In this document: piece after piece, positions 31,510-42,472 of the stretch
Layout: each line of letters starts with the position of its first letter
How positions within the stretch are numbered: the first letter of the stretch is position 1
DNA from: Planktothrix sp. GU0601_MAG3
GTDB lineage: Bacteria > Cyanobacteriota > Cyanobacteriia > Cyanobacteriales > Microcoleaceae
Assembly (NCBI GenBank): GCA_035193785.1
Contig: CP136572.1
Location: forward strand, 4,116,578 to 4,180,577
Direction: 5' to 3'
DNA: 64,000 nucleotides
Notes under the pieces: model-generated
Seen by the model: only the letters and a program-made list of their open reading frames with translations
The model's database searches: none
Told to the model about the DNA's origin: nothing
Made by a program: the position numbers and the translations under genes

Positions 31510-32612
31510 TTAAATCTGTGATCCAAATCCTTGCTGAGACACTAATTCAATGCAAAGTTGATTCACAACTTCCGCATCTACCTGTTTTGGCAAGGTAGAA
31601 TTTTCCGCCGCTTGGTCGAGTTTTTCATATAAACCTTTAGCAATTTCCATCACCTGATCATAGGAATATTTCCCTTTTTTGATGGCTAATAATTCCTGGG
31701 CATCTCCGGTTTCTCGACGGTCTACTATCAAAGATTGAGTTTCTAAAACCTCAATTCCGGTTTTTAATAGCCGAATTGCTTGCATGGCAAATTTGCAATC
31801 ATATCCCACCTTTGCCTCCATTTCCGCCCGGTCTCGATTGCGATTTTTCTTCCAATCCTGATAATGTTGGTATTCTCGACAAGCCCTTTGATACTGTTGA
31901 CTTTTTTGCAATAATTGGATAAAATCATTGGAGGAATTAGATAACTTTTGAGTCATTTCTAAAGTAGATTCTGGTAAGGGATACTGTTTTAAAATCCCTT
32001 TAAAATCAATATCCGCCGTTAGGAGTTTATAGAGTTCTTGGGTGGGTTCTAAAAATTCAATGCGATCGCGGACTAACCCATATAAATATTCTAAAAAACC
32101 ATTCATCTGACTAACGGTTAAGGGCGGTGTCTCCACCAACCCAAATTCCGCCGCTGTGGGTTTCTGAGTTGGCGGATTCAATAACCAACGGCGATGGGAT
32201 TCTAACTTTTTAATTTGAGCATAGCCATAGCCAGAATAGGTTTGTTTAACTTTTTTAGATAAAAAAATCTGACGATGTTCTCTCAATCGTTCCCCAACTT
32301 CCGTCAAATGAACATAGTCTTTAAACCATAATAATTCTAAAATATTAGGGTTATTATCAATCAAGAGTTTCAGAATTTTTTTTAATTCATATAAACAGGT
32401 ATCTTTAGATAAAAAGGGAAACTTTGCCGAGGGTTTTCTGTCTCCCAACCCTGATCTTTTTGTTCAATAATATTAAATCCTAAATAATAGGGTTCGCTGG
32501 CAATAAATACCCCACGATAATCATAATCAGATGTGGGTGTATCCAGTCCATAACCCCGGGAACCCGTCAATACCAGTAAAATTGTCCGGTTTTCAATCTC
32601 TAAACGATTCAT
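31510..32612 (-). CDS. DNA polymerase beta-superfamily nucleotidyltransferase (YcgL/RlaP-like); apparent frameshift near 32418-32438
   Basis: TGSRGYGLDTPTSDYDYRGVF, NNPNILELLW and GYDCKFAMQAIRLL motifs. Confidence 0.8.
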
Positions 32613-32615
32613 AGG

Positions 32616-32654
32616 GAATTACGAATTACGAATTACGAATTACGAATTACGAAT
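32616..32654. repeat. Heptamer STRR (GAATTAC)n
   Basis: About 5 tandem copies immediately upstream of the nucleotidyltransferase start. Confidence 0.85.
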
Positions 32655-32782
32655 AGTTATTAGCCACCAGATCCTGATTAGTGATCTGTAGCAAACACTT
32701 AGGGATTTCATATAAGATGAAAAGAACCCCCCTCAATATTGATTCAGGCGGGTTCATTTTCATGCAAACAAAGTTAATAGAA

Positions 32783-33313
32783 TTAAGGGTTGGCGGCTTG
32801 GGCAGCTAGAATTTGTTTGAGTTTTTCTAATTCATTAGCCCAACGAGGATCGGGTTGGAAGGAATCATCACCACTGGTTCTCGATGTGGAAGTTTGACCA
32901 CCGGAAGAATGTTTTGATTTCTTGTTCCGGCTTTTACCAGCCCCACCACTTTTGGGCATATTACCCGATGATTTAACCGGTTGTTGAACCGGCTGTTGCT
33001 GTTGTTGGGGTTGATCGTCTTCCCCACCATTTTCGCCCTCACCAACACCGTCTCCTTTTCCTTTTTTCCGAGGTAATGCTTTTTCTATTTTTAAAGCATT
33101 TTCTCTAAACATTACCCCGTTATATTTTTCAACAATTTGATCCGCTACTTCATCGGTCTGCACCGTTACAAATCCAAAACCCCGACATTTGCCAGTTTTG
33201 CGATCGGTAATTACCTTAGCAGAAACGGTATCTCCTTCTTCTGCAAAGACATCTTGTAATTCTTTGCGTTCTAATTCTTTAGGAAGATTACCAATATAAA
33301 GACGAACGGACAT
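32783..33313 (-). CDS. RRM RNA-binding protein, Rbp3/RbpG class
   Basis: MSVRLYIGNLP, RGFGFV and C-terminal QPDPRWA motifs. Confidence 0.9.
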   Translation of the reverse strand: MSVRLYIGNLPKELERKELQDVFAEEGDTVSAKVITDRKTGKCRGFGFVTVQTDEVADQIVEKYNGVMFRENALKIEKALPRKKGKGDGVGEGENGGEDDQPQQQQQPVQQPVKSSGNMPKSGGAGKSRNKKSKHSSGGQTSTSRTSGDDSFQPDPRWANELEKLKQILAAQAANP

Positions 33314-34010
33314 AAGTAGAAACCTCCAAGTTAAATGAAAAATAAGTAAACGAAACCATCCCCAACCTGTGTTATTTAAACACACAAATTGAGAATCAAC
33401 CCCTGGCTATCAGCACTGGGGCTGGTTAAATTAAACTCAACAACCAACTCCATCTTAAAATTAAGATAAAGTCCTATTATTCTCTCCATGTTGAACTTAT
33501 CATGTAGGTAAAGCCGGTTTGCTTGGTTGTTTTGTAAACTTTTTGCCATCTGTCAAAACTTAATGCTATAGAGTTTTGTTATCTCTGTGTTCAAAAATAG
33601 ATTTAACTTCCTATAGCTAAAACCATATAAAGTTAACTCACGCTCTTGTTAACTTCCTGACTTTGCATTGCCAATAGTTGATCACAGCATTCAACAAAAA
33701 TTGGATCATTTCTTTAAGTTGCTGCTTCGCCTCGTATCAGTCAGGCTATTGGGTGGAACCTAGAACCTTTGCTATTGGGTTTTCCAGTACCAGATCGTCA
33801 TAAGACAATCTCTATGATAGCACATCCTGGAATATAGTTCTAGGGTTCTGCCAAGATTTTCGCATTTAATTTGGCGAACTTTCTGAACCTTCATCAACTG
33901 AGTAATCAGAATCACTCTATCCAAAAAGGAATAAAGTTATTTTGACTCTTTGGTTAAAGAATGTATCACTAATCGGTCAAAAAAAGCAATCTTTCTGGAT
34001 CAACTTCCTT

Positions 34011-36624
34011 TTACCAGCCGCCTTGAGACGCCAGGTAAACCCCCCAGAGGGTGAGAATCACCGCTAAAATCGTTGACCCCAGGGGATGTCCCCCCCGTAG
34101 GACTGTCCTAGAATCAGGGGTTTCTAGGGTTTCCACATCCACCCAGGGCGTTGCTCCCCGTCGCCACCATCCCGTTACCTTAATTGTTTGAGTGATCAAC
34201 TCCTGGGGGTGACGAATGCTGGGTAAAAAATTGGTTAGGGGGGTTTTTTCGGGGAGATAATGGAGTTTGACGACGCCGCTTGGGGTTTGTAGGATTAAAT
34301 CTTGAGCAAAGGTATTTTTTAAACCGCTTCGACCGAGAAGTTTACCCGTTAAACAAATCGGTTGACTATCAACGGGAATCGTCTGGGGGTTGACCACCAA
34401 ATCCGATAAGTTAGGTTGATTTAAAATATTAGTGGATTTGATTTCGGGAAAAAAGGAATTAATCCGAGTTAAAATACCTAAGCCACAGCCAATGGCAATT
34501 GAACCCACCATAATCCAATAGTCCCCCCATAACCATTCTAATTGCCATAGTCCTAAAAGAGAACATAGTCCCCCCATTAACCAAATGATTCCCCCAATGA
34601 TCATTCCGGCGGGAATGCCAAAAAACGGCGCTCCTTGTAGTAATAAGGGGGAATTGTTGGTGAGTAATTTGGGGGGTTTAGCTGGGGTAATATTTGATAG
34701 ATCAAATTCCGGTTCTAATTTCCAATAATTTGCATAAAAGCCGAGGATTTTTAAGCGCTCTCCGATTAGGGGATGGGATTGATTTAAGGTTAATTCGGGG
34801 GTATAGCAATTAGTTAAATCCCAGGTTAATAAGGAATTGATTGATCTGTAAGCTGTTAAACTACCAAAGGTTAAAGCCTGTTGATGATTGATCGGAATCA
34901 ATCTATCAAAAGATTCTAACAGAAAGTTGGTTTTTCCCTGGGTTTGAATAGTTTGGGATAATTTTATCGTAATTTTCAATAAGGCACGACTTAAAGCATT
35001 AGGATTTCCGGTGAGGTTACAGGCGATGCGATCGCTATAATAAACTCGACGACGGGATAAATACAAGGAGGGAAATCTTAAAAGTTTATATAATCCATAA
35101 CATAACGGACAAATAAAAACAGCGATCGCCTGCAAAATTTGATGTAAAATCCCTCGGATACTGGCGGGAATCGGAATATTAAGATCGGGTAATTTTTCGG
35201 TTAATTCTGCTAAATACCAATAAATTAAATAGGGAATTTGACTGACCATGGTAGCCAAAGACATCACCGCGAAATCCCATTCCCCGATGGTCGCAATTTC
35301 CCGAGCAAATAGGACGGCGATTTCATCTTCTGTTAATTGCTCTAATAATCCTTGACTTACCACAATTCGGGCAAATCGTCGCAAATTTCCATAGGAAAAA
35401 ATCACCGGATCATCAATGGGTAATAGTTTGATTTCAGGCACTTTGAATTTTTGCTTTTGGCAATAATTTCTTAATAGTTTATTGGTTTCTTGACTCTGAT
35501 TAAATAATGTAGTTAAAGGTAAAGGTTTTAATCCATAACTCAGTGTTAACAATCTATCCCATAACCAAGGTAAGAAGATAAATAAAATCAATAGGGTAAT
35601 ATAAACTCCTTGGGTGGGATTCTGATAAAATAAAGGAATCGGTTGTACAATAGGCAGCCAAGATAAACCATTATTTGTGAGTTTCATTAATTCCTCTAAT
35701 AAATGAGGAGTTAACCAAAGCAGGGCTAAAAAGGTGAGGAAAAGTTCCCCAAATAATCGGGACTTTTGCCAAATCCAACCCACAGCAAAAACAAATAAAA
35801 TAATCAAAATAATTTGCCAAGGTTGACGGGATAATTGTCCCCAAGGATTTAAAATTGGTTGCCAAATCCAAATTTGATTTAAACTATTATTAATAAAAGC
35901 CAAAACAATCGGAATAAACCAAGTTAAACCGACAGCCATTAATAATTGTTCTAGTTTAAAGGGACTCAATTGTAAGGATTTCAGTTTTTGCCAATTCGTA
36001 GCTCGTCCGGCTTGTCGCCATTGCCATTCTTGAAACCGGAGGCGGGGGTGGCGGCTGCATAATTTCCGGTTCTAAATTAATAGGAGAATCGGGAATTTTT
36101 TCTTTAAAATTTGGGGAAACTTTTTCGGTTTTTTTGAGGTTTAAAGATGGGGGTTGAGATAAAGAAGGATGGGGGGATTTTTTTGCAGGTGGCGGGGAGG
36201 AAAGTTTAGGATTTTTGGCTAGGGTCGATTTAGCTTTTGCGGGTTGTAGATTAGGATTTAACGGGATAAAACCCGTTTCTGTAGGAGGGGGTAATTCTGG
36301 AGGTTGAGACTCAATATTAGGACTAATATTTTGGGGCTTAGGGGGATAGCGTTTTAATAATTGTTTTAAATAATCCGTAGCCCAATTTTTAATATTTTCC
36401 TGCGGAGATTGAGTTAAACTCTGACATAAATTAATCGCTAATTTAGTATTTCTTGTGCGTTCATAAGCAATCACCAACCCCATTTTCGCCTTAAATTGAC
36501 CCGAACTATTAGATTGAGCAATGGGTTCTAAAAAAGCGATCGCCTGTTGATAATTCTTCTGTTTTAACGCTGCTAATCCTGATGTTAAATCCGACGAATT
36601 GGGGGGTAGATTGGAGGAAGACAT
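34011..36624 (-). CDS. TPR-like N-terminus + M48/HtpX-like membrane protease homolog; apparent frameshift at 36032
   Basis: IVVSQGLL...AREIAT (degenerate HExxH), SDRIA and SHPLIGERL motifs; correction gives VQEWQWRQAGRA. Confidence 0.75.
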
Positions 36625-36896
36625 AGGAGAAATTAAGAACTAAAACAAATTAACATTCACGGTTTAAGGGGAAAACCCATACCCTAAAATCATAAAAATG
36701 ATTGATTCGATCTCATCTAAAGGGTTAAAAATTGATGGAAAGCACAATAAATCCTATTGTACCCATTTTCTTGATCAAAATATCTTAAAATTACTTTGAT
36801 TACATATTTTAATCAACTTTCTTCTCGGAAAAAAAAATAAACCTGACATTTGATCCCCACGGAGTGATAAAATGGCTTGGCTCAAAATCAGCTATT

Positions 36897-37761
36897 ATGG
36901 ATATAAATTACTTATTTCTAGCATTTCAATTTACCTCTCCCGGCCCCATCATCTTTGAAATCGGGCCGTTATCAATTCGGTGGTATGGCTTGTTAATTGC
37001 CTCGGCGGTCTTGATTGGAGTATCCTTATCTGGGTATCTTGCCAGTCGTCGCCAAATTGATCCCGAACTAATTGGAGATTTAGCTATTTGGTTAGTAATT
37101 GGAGCGATTCCTTTTGCTAGATTGTATTATGTGCTATTTCAATGGGAAAGTTATGCTGATAATCCTGGGGATATTATGGCAATTTGGAAGGGAGGAATTG
37201 CCATTCATGGAGCAATTATCGGCGGATTAATAGCCACTTTACTATTTGCTAAAATTAAACAAATTCCCTTTTGGCAATTAACCGATATAATTGCCCCTTC
37301 TTTGATTTTAGGTCAAGCTATCGGTAGATGGGGTAACTTTTTTAATTCTGAAGCCTTCGGAAGTCCCACGGATTTACCTTGGAAACTTTATATTCCCCTG
37401 GAAACGCCGCCCTAGTGGTTTTGAATCCTACGAATATTTTCACCCAACTTTTTTATATGAATCCCTGTGGAATTTAACTATATTTGCCCTATTAATTACC
37501 TTATTTTTAAAAGGTTTAAAAGGCAAACATACTCTAAAATCAGGGACAATATTCTTGGTCTATTTATTGACCTATAGTTTGGGTAGAATTTGGATTGAAG
37601 GATTACGCACGGATAGTTTAATGTTAGGGTATTTAAAAATGGCTCAACTGGTTAGTTTGACCGGGATGATGTTAGGATTATTCGGTTTAATTTGGTTATA
37701 TGGATTGAAGCGAACTTTACCCGATATTGTGCAGAAATCCCATCCTTCAGACTCCGAATAA
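36897..37761 (+). CDS. lgt: Prolipoprotein diacylglyceryl transferase; apparent frameshift at 37401
   Basis: [13 protein letters not shown] and [13 protein letters not shown] motifs; HPTFLYES after correction. Confidence 0.93.
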
Positions 37762-37887
37762 AAAAGCCCTAGACTTAACTGCCAGGGCTTCAACCAGGGT
37801 GCATCTACCATTGTTGTCTTCTCAGTGGCTCAGTTGAGATCCGGAAAAATTAGAAATCAATCGTCAATTGTGGAGAATTAAAACATC

Positions 37888-38676
37888 ATGGAACCGGATA
37901 TCATATTACTCAAACCTGCGGTTTATATTGTTGGAGCCGGCCCTGGTGATCCAGAATTATTAACCGTGAAAGCCCAAAGATTATTAGCCTCGGCGGATGT
38001 AATTGTATTTGCCGATTCTTTGGTTCCTGAACAGATTTTAACAGGGGTGCGGGCGGAGGCAGAATTAATTAAAACCTCTGATAAAACCCTAGAAGAAATC
38101 GTTCCATTTATGATTCAAAGAGTCCATCAAGGGCGTTCTGTTGTTAGATTGCATTCGGGTGATCCGAGTTTATATGGGGCTATTTATGAGCAAATACAAC
38201 AGCTAATAGAGGCAGAAATTGAGTTTGAAATTGTTCCTGGAATTAGTGCTTTTCAAGATGCAGCGGCTAAATTAAAAATAGAATTAACTGTCCCAGAATT
38301 AGTGCAAACGATTATTTTAACCCGGGTTAGTGGGAGAGCAACTGGTGTTCCTGCGGATGAGGAATTGGAAAGTTTAGCGGCTCATAAAGCTAGTTTATGT
38401 TTATATTTGAGTGCGCGTTATGTGGAGGAAACTCAGCAAAAGTTAATCAAATATTATCCCGCAGAAATGCCGATTGCTATTTGTTATCGTTTGGGATGGC
38501 CAGATGAAAAAATCCGGGTAGTTCCCTTAGAAAAAATGGCACAAGTTACCCAGGAGGAAAACTTAATTAGAACCACCCTTTATGTTATTAGTCCCGCTTT
38601 AGCAAAAACGCCCCACAATTCAACTTTAAGATCTAAATTATATAATCCCGAACACTCCCATTTATTTCGTCCTTAG
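37888..38676 (+). CDS. cobM: Precorrin-4 C11-methyltransferase
   Basis: VGAGPGDPELLT, RLHSGDPSLYGA and SKLY motifs. Confidence 0.92.
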   Translation: MEPDIILLKPAVYIVGAGPGDPELLTVKAQRLLASADVIVFADSLVPEQILTGVRAEAELIKTSDKTLEEIVPFMIQRVHQGRSVVRLHSGDPSLYGAIYEQIQQLIEAEIEFEIVPGISAFQDAAAKLKIELTVPELVQTIILTRVSGRATGVPADEELESLAAHKASLCLYLSARYVEETQQKLIKYYPAEMPIAICYRLGWPDEKIRVVPLEKMAQVTQEENLIRTTLYVISPALAKTPHNSTLRSKLYNPEHSHLFRP

Positions 38677-38693
38677 AGGAGTAATGAATACTT

Positions 38694-39507
38694 ATGAATT
38701 TTAATCAAAAAAATATTATTATTACTGGGGGTTCCAGTGGAATTGGGAAAGCAACGGCTCAATTGTTAGTGAGTTTAGGGGCAAATGTAACCCTGATTGC
38801 TCGAAATCAAACTACCCTTGACCAAGCTCAAAAAGAAATTGAGGCGGTAAAATTAAATCAAAAGCAAAAAATTGTTACCCTTTCGGCGGATATTTCGGTG
38901 CTAGAAGAAGCCGAAAATATAATAGAAAAAGCCATTAATCTTTTGGGAGGTGTGGATATTTTAATACTCTCGGCGGGTATCGCCTATCCGGGGTATTTTA
39001 GAGAACTTCCGATCGCAGTTTTTGAACAAACAATGGCGGTTAATTATTGGGGATCTTTGTATTGTATTCGAGAAGTTTTACCTACAATGATAGCACAAAA
39101 ACAGGGTAAAATTATTATGATTTCATCGGGGGCTGGATTAATTGGCATTTATGGTTATACCGCCTATAGTCCTACTAAATTTGCCCTCAGAGGATTAGCA
39201 GAATCCTTGCGAGGGGAATTAAAACCTTTGGGAATACAGGTTTCTATTGTTTATCCCCCAGATACTAATACCCCGCAATTAATCGCTGAAAATAAAACTA
39301 AACCCTTAGAAACAAAAGCCATTACTGGAAACCGTAAAACCTTGGGAACCGGAGGATATTGCTCAAGAAATTATTAAGGGAATGAATAAAAATAAATTTG
39401 CGATCGCTCCTGGATTAGAAATTAAACTTCTAAATACTTTCCATAGTTTACTCCTTCCCCTCTTAAATCGCTATTTTGATGATCTCATCCAACAGATAAA
39501 AAGTTAA
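38694..39507 (+). CDS. SDR oxidoreductase, 3-ketodihydrosphingosine reductase-like; apparent frameshift at 39328
   Basis: TGGSSGIG, YSPTK and YPPDTNTP...ENKTKPLET motifs. Confidence 0.8.
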
Positions 39508-39579
39508 ATTAGGGTTAAGATTTATCCCAAGTTTAACAATTTATATAACACTTTAGTTCAACGGGTAAATCATTGATAA

Positions 39580-39607
39580 GTAGGGGCGAATGGCCATTCG
39601 CCCCTAC
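39580..39607. repeat. Perfect 28-bp GTAG-type palindrome
   Basis: GTAGGGGCGAATGG|CCATTCGCCCCTAC. Confidence 0.8.
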
Positions 39608-39818
39608 CGCCTATTTGTTTTCGAGAAAGTTTTTGTTGTTTCCGTTTGAGATTACGCTCATGTTTAGCAAAGTGTTTGGGATTACTGTATTTTGATATAG
39701 CCCCTTCCCTGTTGTTTTATAGGTTTCTTGACACAAGTTCAGAGTATAATTCCAATACCAACGGCAACAGCCAAAACTTTAGAACTTTTAATTATTATTC
39801 CATGGGGAGTAAAAAACC

Positions 39819-41247
39819 ATGATTAAACCTTTCAAAAATCGCACCAAAATTGTTGCTACCATCGGCCCAGCGAGTAAATCCCCAGAAATTATTCGTCAAA
39901 TGCTGAATGCGGGAATGAATGTCGCTCGATTAAATTTTTCCCATGGCAGTTATGAAGATCATGGGGAAATGGTAAAATTGCTGCGACAAGTTGCTAAAGA
40001 ATGTGATACTCCGATTACCTTATTACAGGATTTACAGGGGCCAAAAATTCGGATTGGTCTGCTACCATCGGGAGAAATAGAATTAGTTGAAGGTGAATTA
40101 TTAACCTTAGTTCCCATTGATAGTTTTGACAATCAACCGAATACCGTTTCCCATTGATTATCCCTATTTAGCAGAAGAAGCCCAACCCGGAGCGCAAGTT
40201 TTACTTGATGATGGATTATTAGAATTAAAAATAGAAGAAATTCAAGGAAATTCCGTTCAATGTCGCATTATTGAAGGAGGAACCTTAAAAAGTCGTAAAG
40301 GGGTGAATTTACCCAGTTTAATTTTGCGTCTTCCATCCTTAACGGAGAAAGATATACAGGATTTAGACTTTGGGATTTCTCAAGGAATAGACTGGATTTC
40401 CCTAAGTTTTGTTCGTCGGGCTGAGGATGTTATCGCCTTAAAAACATTATTAGCTGAAAAGGGGGCTTCGGAAATTCCAGTGATTGCTAAAATCGAAAAA
40501 CCCCAAGCGATTGCCAACTTAGAATTAATTGTTAATGAATGTGATGGTTTAATGGTAGCCCGGGGGGATTTAGGAGTAGAAATGAGTCCCGAAAAAGTCC
40601 CCTTATTGCAAAAACAAATCATTCGGATGTGTAATCAAAAAGGAATTCCAGTGATTACCGCAACCCAAATGTTAGATAGTATGATTCACAGTCCCCGTCC
40701 GACTCGCGCCGAAGCCAGTGATGTTGCGAATGCAATTATTGATGGTACGGATGCGGTGATGTTATCGGGAGAATCAGCCGTGGGTAAATTTCCGGTGAAA
40801 TCCGTAGAAATGTTATCGAAAATTGCCAGTGATGTTGAACCGGAAATTGAATTTAAAAATTATCCTGCGGTGATGTCTGATGAAACCCATGCTTTAAGTG
40901 AAGCGTTGAATATCATTGATAAAACCCTGAAATTACATTGTATTGTTGCCTATACCAGTAGCGGATATACGGCAATTTTAGCCGCAGGAGAACGCCCCAA
41001 GGTTCCGGTTGTTGCCCTGACTCCCAACCATAAAGTCTATCACCGTTTAAACTTAGTTTGGGGTGTTAAACCGATTTTATTAGAACATCAAGTTGATTCT
41101 TTTGAAGGGTTAATTGATCTCGCCCAAACTAAATTATTAGACCGGAATTTAGCTCAAGTCGGAGATAGAATTCTAATTATTGGGGGGGTTCCAACTAAGA
41201 AAGCTCGGGGTACAAATTTCTTAAAAATTCACACGATTGCGGATTAA
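39819..41247 (+). CDS. pyk: Pyruvate kinase; apparent frameshift at 40146
   Basis: [30 protein letters not shown] and [10 protein letters not shown] motifs. Confidence 0.95.
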
Positions 41248-41307
41248 TATTTCTCGCCCCGACCAACTCCCTAACTAACGATAATTCTCCTTACTTGTAG
41301 TAACTAT

Positions 41308-41498
41308 CAGGGCTGTTTCATTCTTTGTTGGGGCAATCCCCCCGTGGTTGCCCCAATCCCTGAAACGCCTGCCAATCTTGGATGGGGAGGGTAGGCACGG
41401 GGGCACTACCCCTACAAAACCCTGGTTTCCCTGAGAGGGTAGGCACGGGGGCACTACCCCTACAAAACCCTGGTTTCCCTGAGAATAAAACAGCCCTG
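41308..41498. mobile_element. MITE-like element D containing REPs and a 48-bp tandem duplication
   Basis: TIR CAGGGCTGTTTCATTC / GAATAAAACAGCCCTG (15/16 match); internal duplication 41387-41434 = 41435-41482. Confidence 0.7.
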
Positions 41499-41505
41499 GG
41501 GTAAC

Positions 41506-41607
41506 TATAGCGCTACGCATTACAGTTAGAACAATTCTAAATCCAGCTAATTCATTCACTGCTTACTGTTCCGATGTTTCGGTGTTCTAAGAGTGCGTAG
41601 TGCTATA
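41506..41607. mobile_element. MITE-like family A, copy 3
   Basis: TATAGCGCTACGCA...TGCGTAGTGCTATA; interior similar to 9801-9955 but heptamers decayed. Confidence 0.7.
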
Positions 41608-41681
41608 GGTTAAAACAGGTTAAAATAAGTGTTAGGTGATTGCCTGAACTGCGCTTACACACCCTACGATTGAGGTTAATT

Positions 41682-42327
41682 ATGGAATCTATTATTAAAC
41701 TTTCGGCCCTGAATACCAGTTTAATCGAAATTCGTTTAATTGAAGGTCGGGATGAAGCGTATATTCGGGTGAATGAACATTATTTTTCTTTGGTAACGGG
41801 GCAAAAAATTAATATTTCTTCTGCATTACAAGAAGGGGTTAATTTATTAAACTTGATGATTAAGACCTATCCGCTTATAGAACGAATTTGGAGAGGGTTA
41901 TTTGGTCAAGATTGGTGTGGACGTTTTGAACTTTATATTGATGGAAAATTACGCGGAACCTATAATCAAAATGGCGGTGTGTTTCTCGGTTTCTCGTGAA
42001 TATACCGTTGCTCAAATTGAACTCAATATTACTCCTGAGCCCCCCCGCCCTGATCTGCAAACAGAACTTTTAGAAATTATTAATCGTTTACAAAATATTC
42101 CAGGGATGACCCCAGCTAATTCTGGGGATGTTCAATATTCTACTGCTTATATTCTCCTAAAGAATAAATTTAAGATTAATATGTGGAAAAACTTGGCAGG
42201 GGTTGATCATGTCTTTGTCCTTGATTCTTCAGGAAATTGTTGTTTTGCGGGTTATGTGGGATGGATTCATGCTCAAAAATTCTATCGATCTTTACAGAAA
42301 ATTCGAGATAATTTTTCTGGAGTTTAA
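41682..42327 (+). CDS. Hypothetical protein; apparent frameshift at 41989
   Basis: Two overlapping ORFs join by removing one T from GTTTC. Confidence 0.65.
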
Positions 42328-42363
42328 GGAGAAATCAGTTTTAATTTAATCATTTAATTAAAT

Positions 42364-42466
42364 CAGGACTTACGCACAAGACCAAAGAAACCGGGTTTCT
42401 AGCCCTGATTTTGCGGATGAAATCGATGATTTCTCGTTCAGAAACCCAGTTTCTGCGTAAGTCCTA
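42364..42466. mobile_element. MITE family B, copy 2 (5-bp TSD TAAAT)
   Basis: CAGGACTTACGCA...TGCGTAAGTCCTA; TAAAT on both sides. Confidence 0.85.
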
Positions 42467-42472
42467 TAAATA

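Noticed and set aside
33390..34010. Possible ncRNA in the 620-bp spacer upstream of the Rbp3-type gene
   Set aside because: No recognisable RNA family or convincing stable structure could be supported by eye
41275..41559. 94-aa ORF with a duplicated SQGNQGFVGVVPPCLP, as a RiPP-like precursor
   Set aside because: It is the translation of the 48-bp REP duplication inside a MITE; no leader peptide or modifying enzymes nearby
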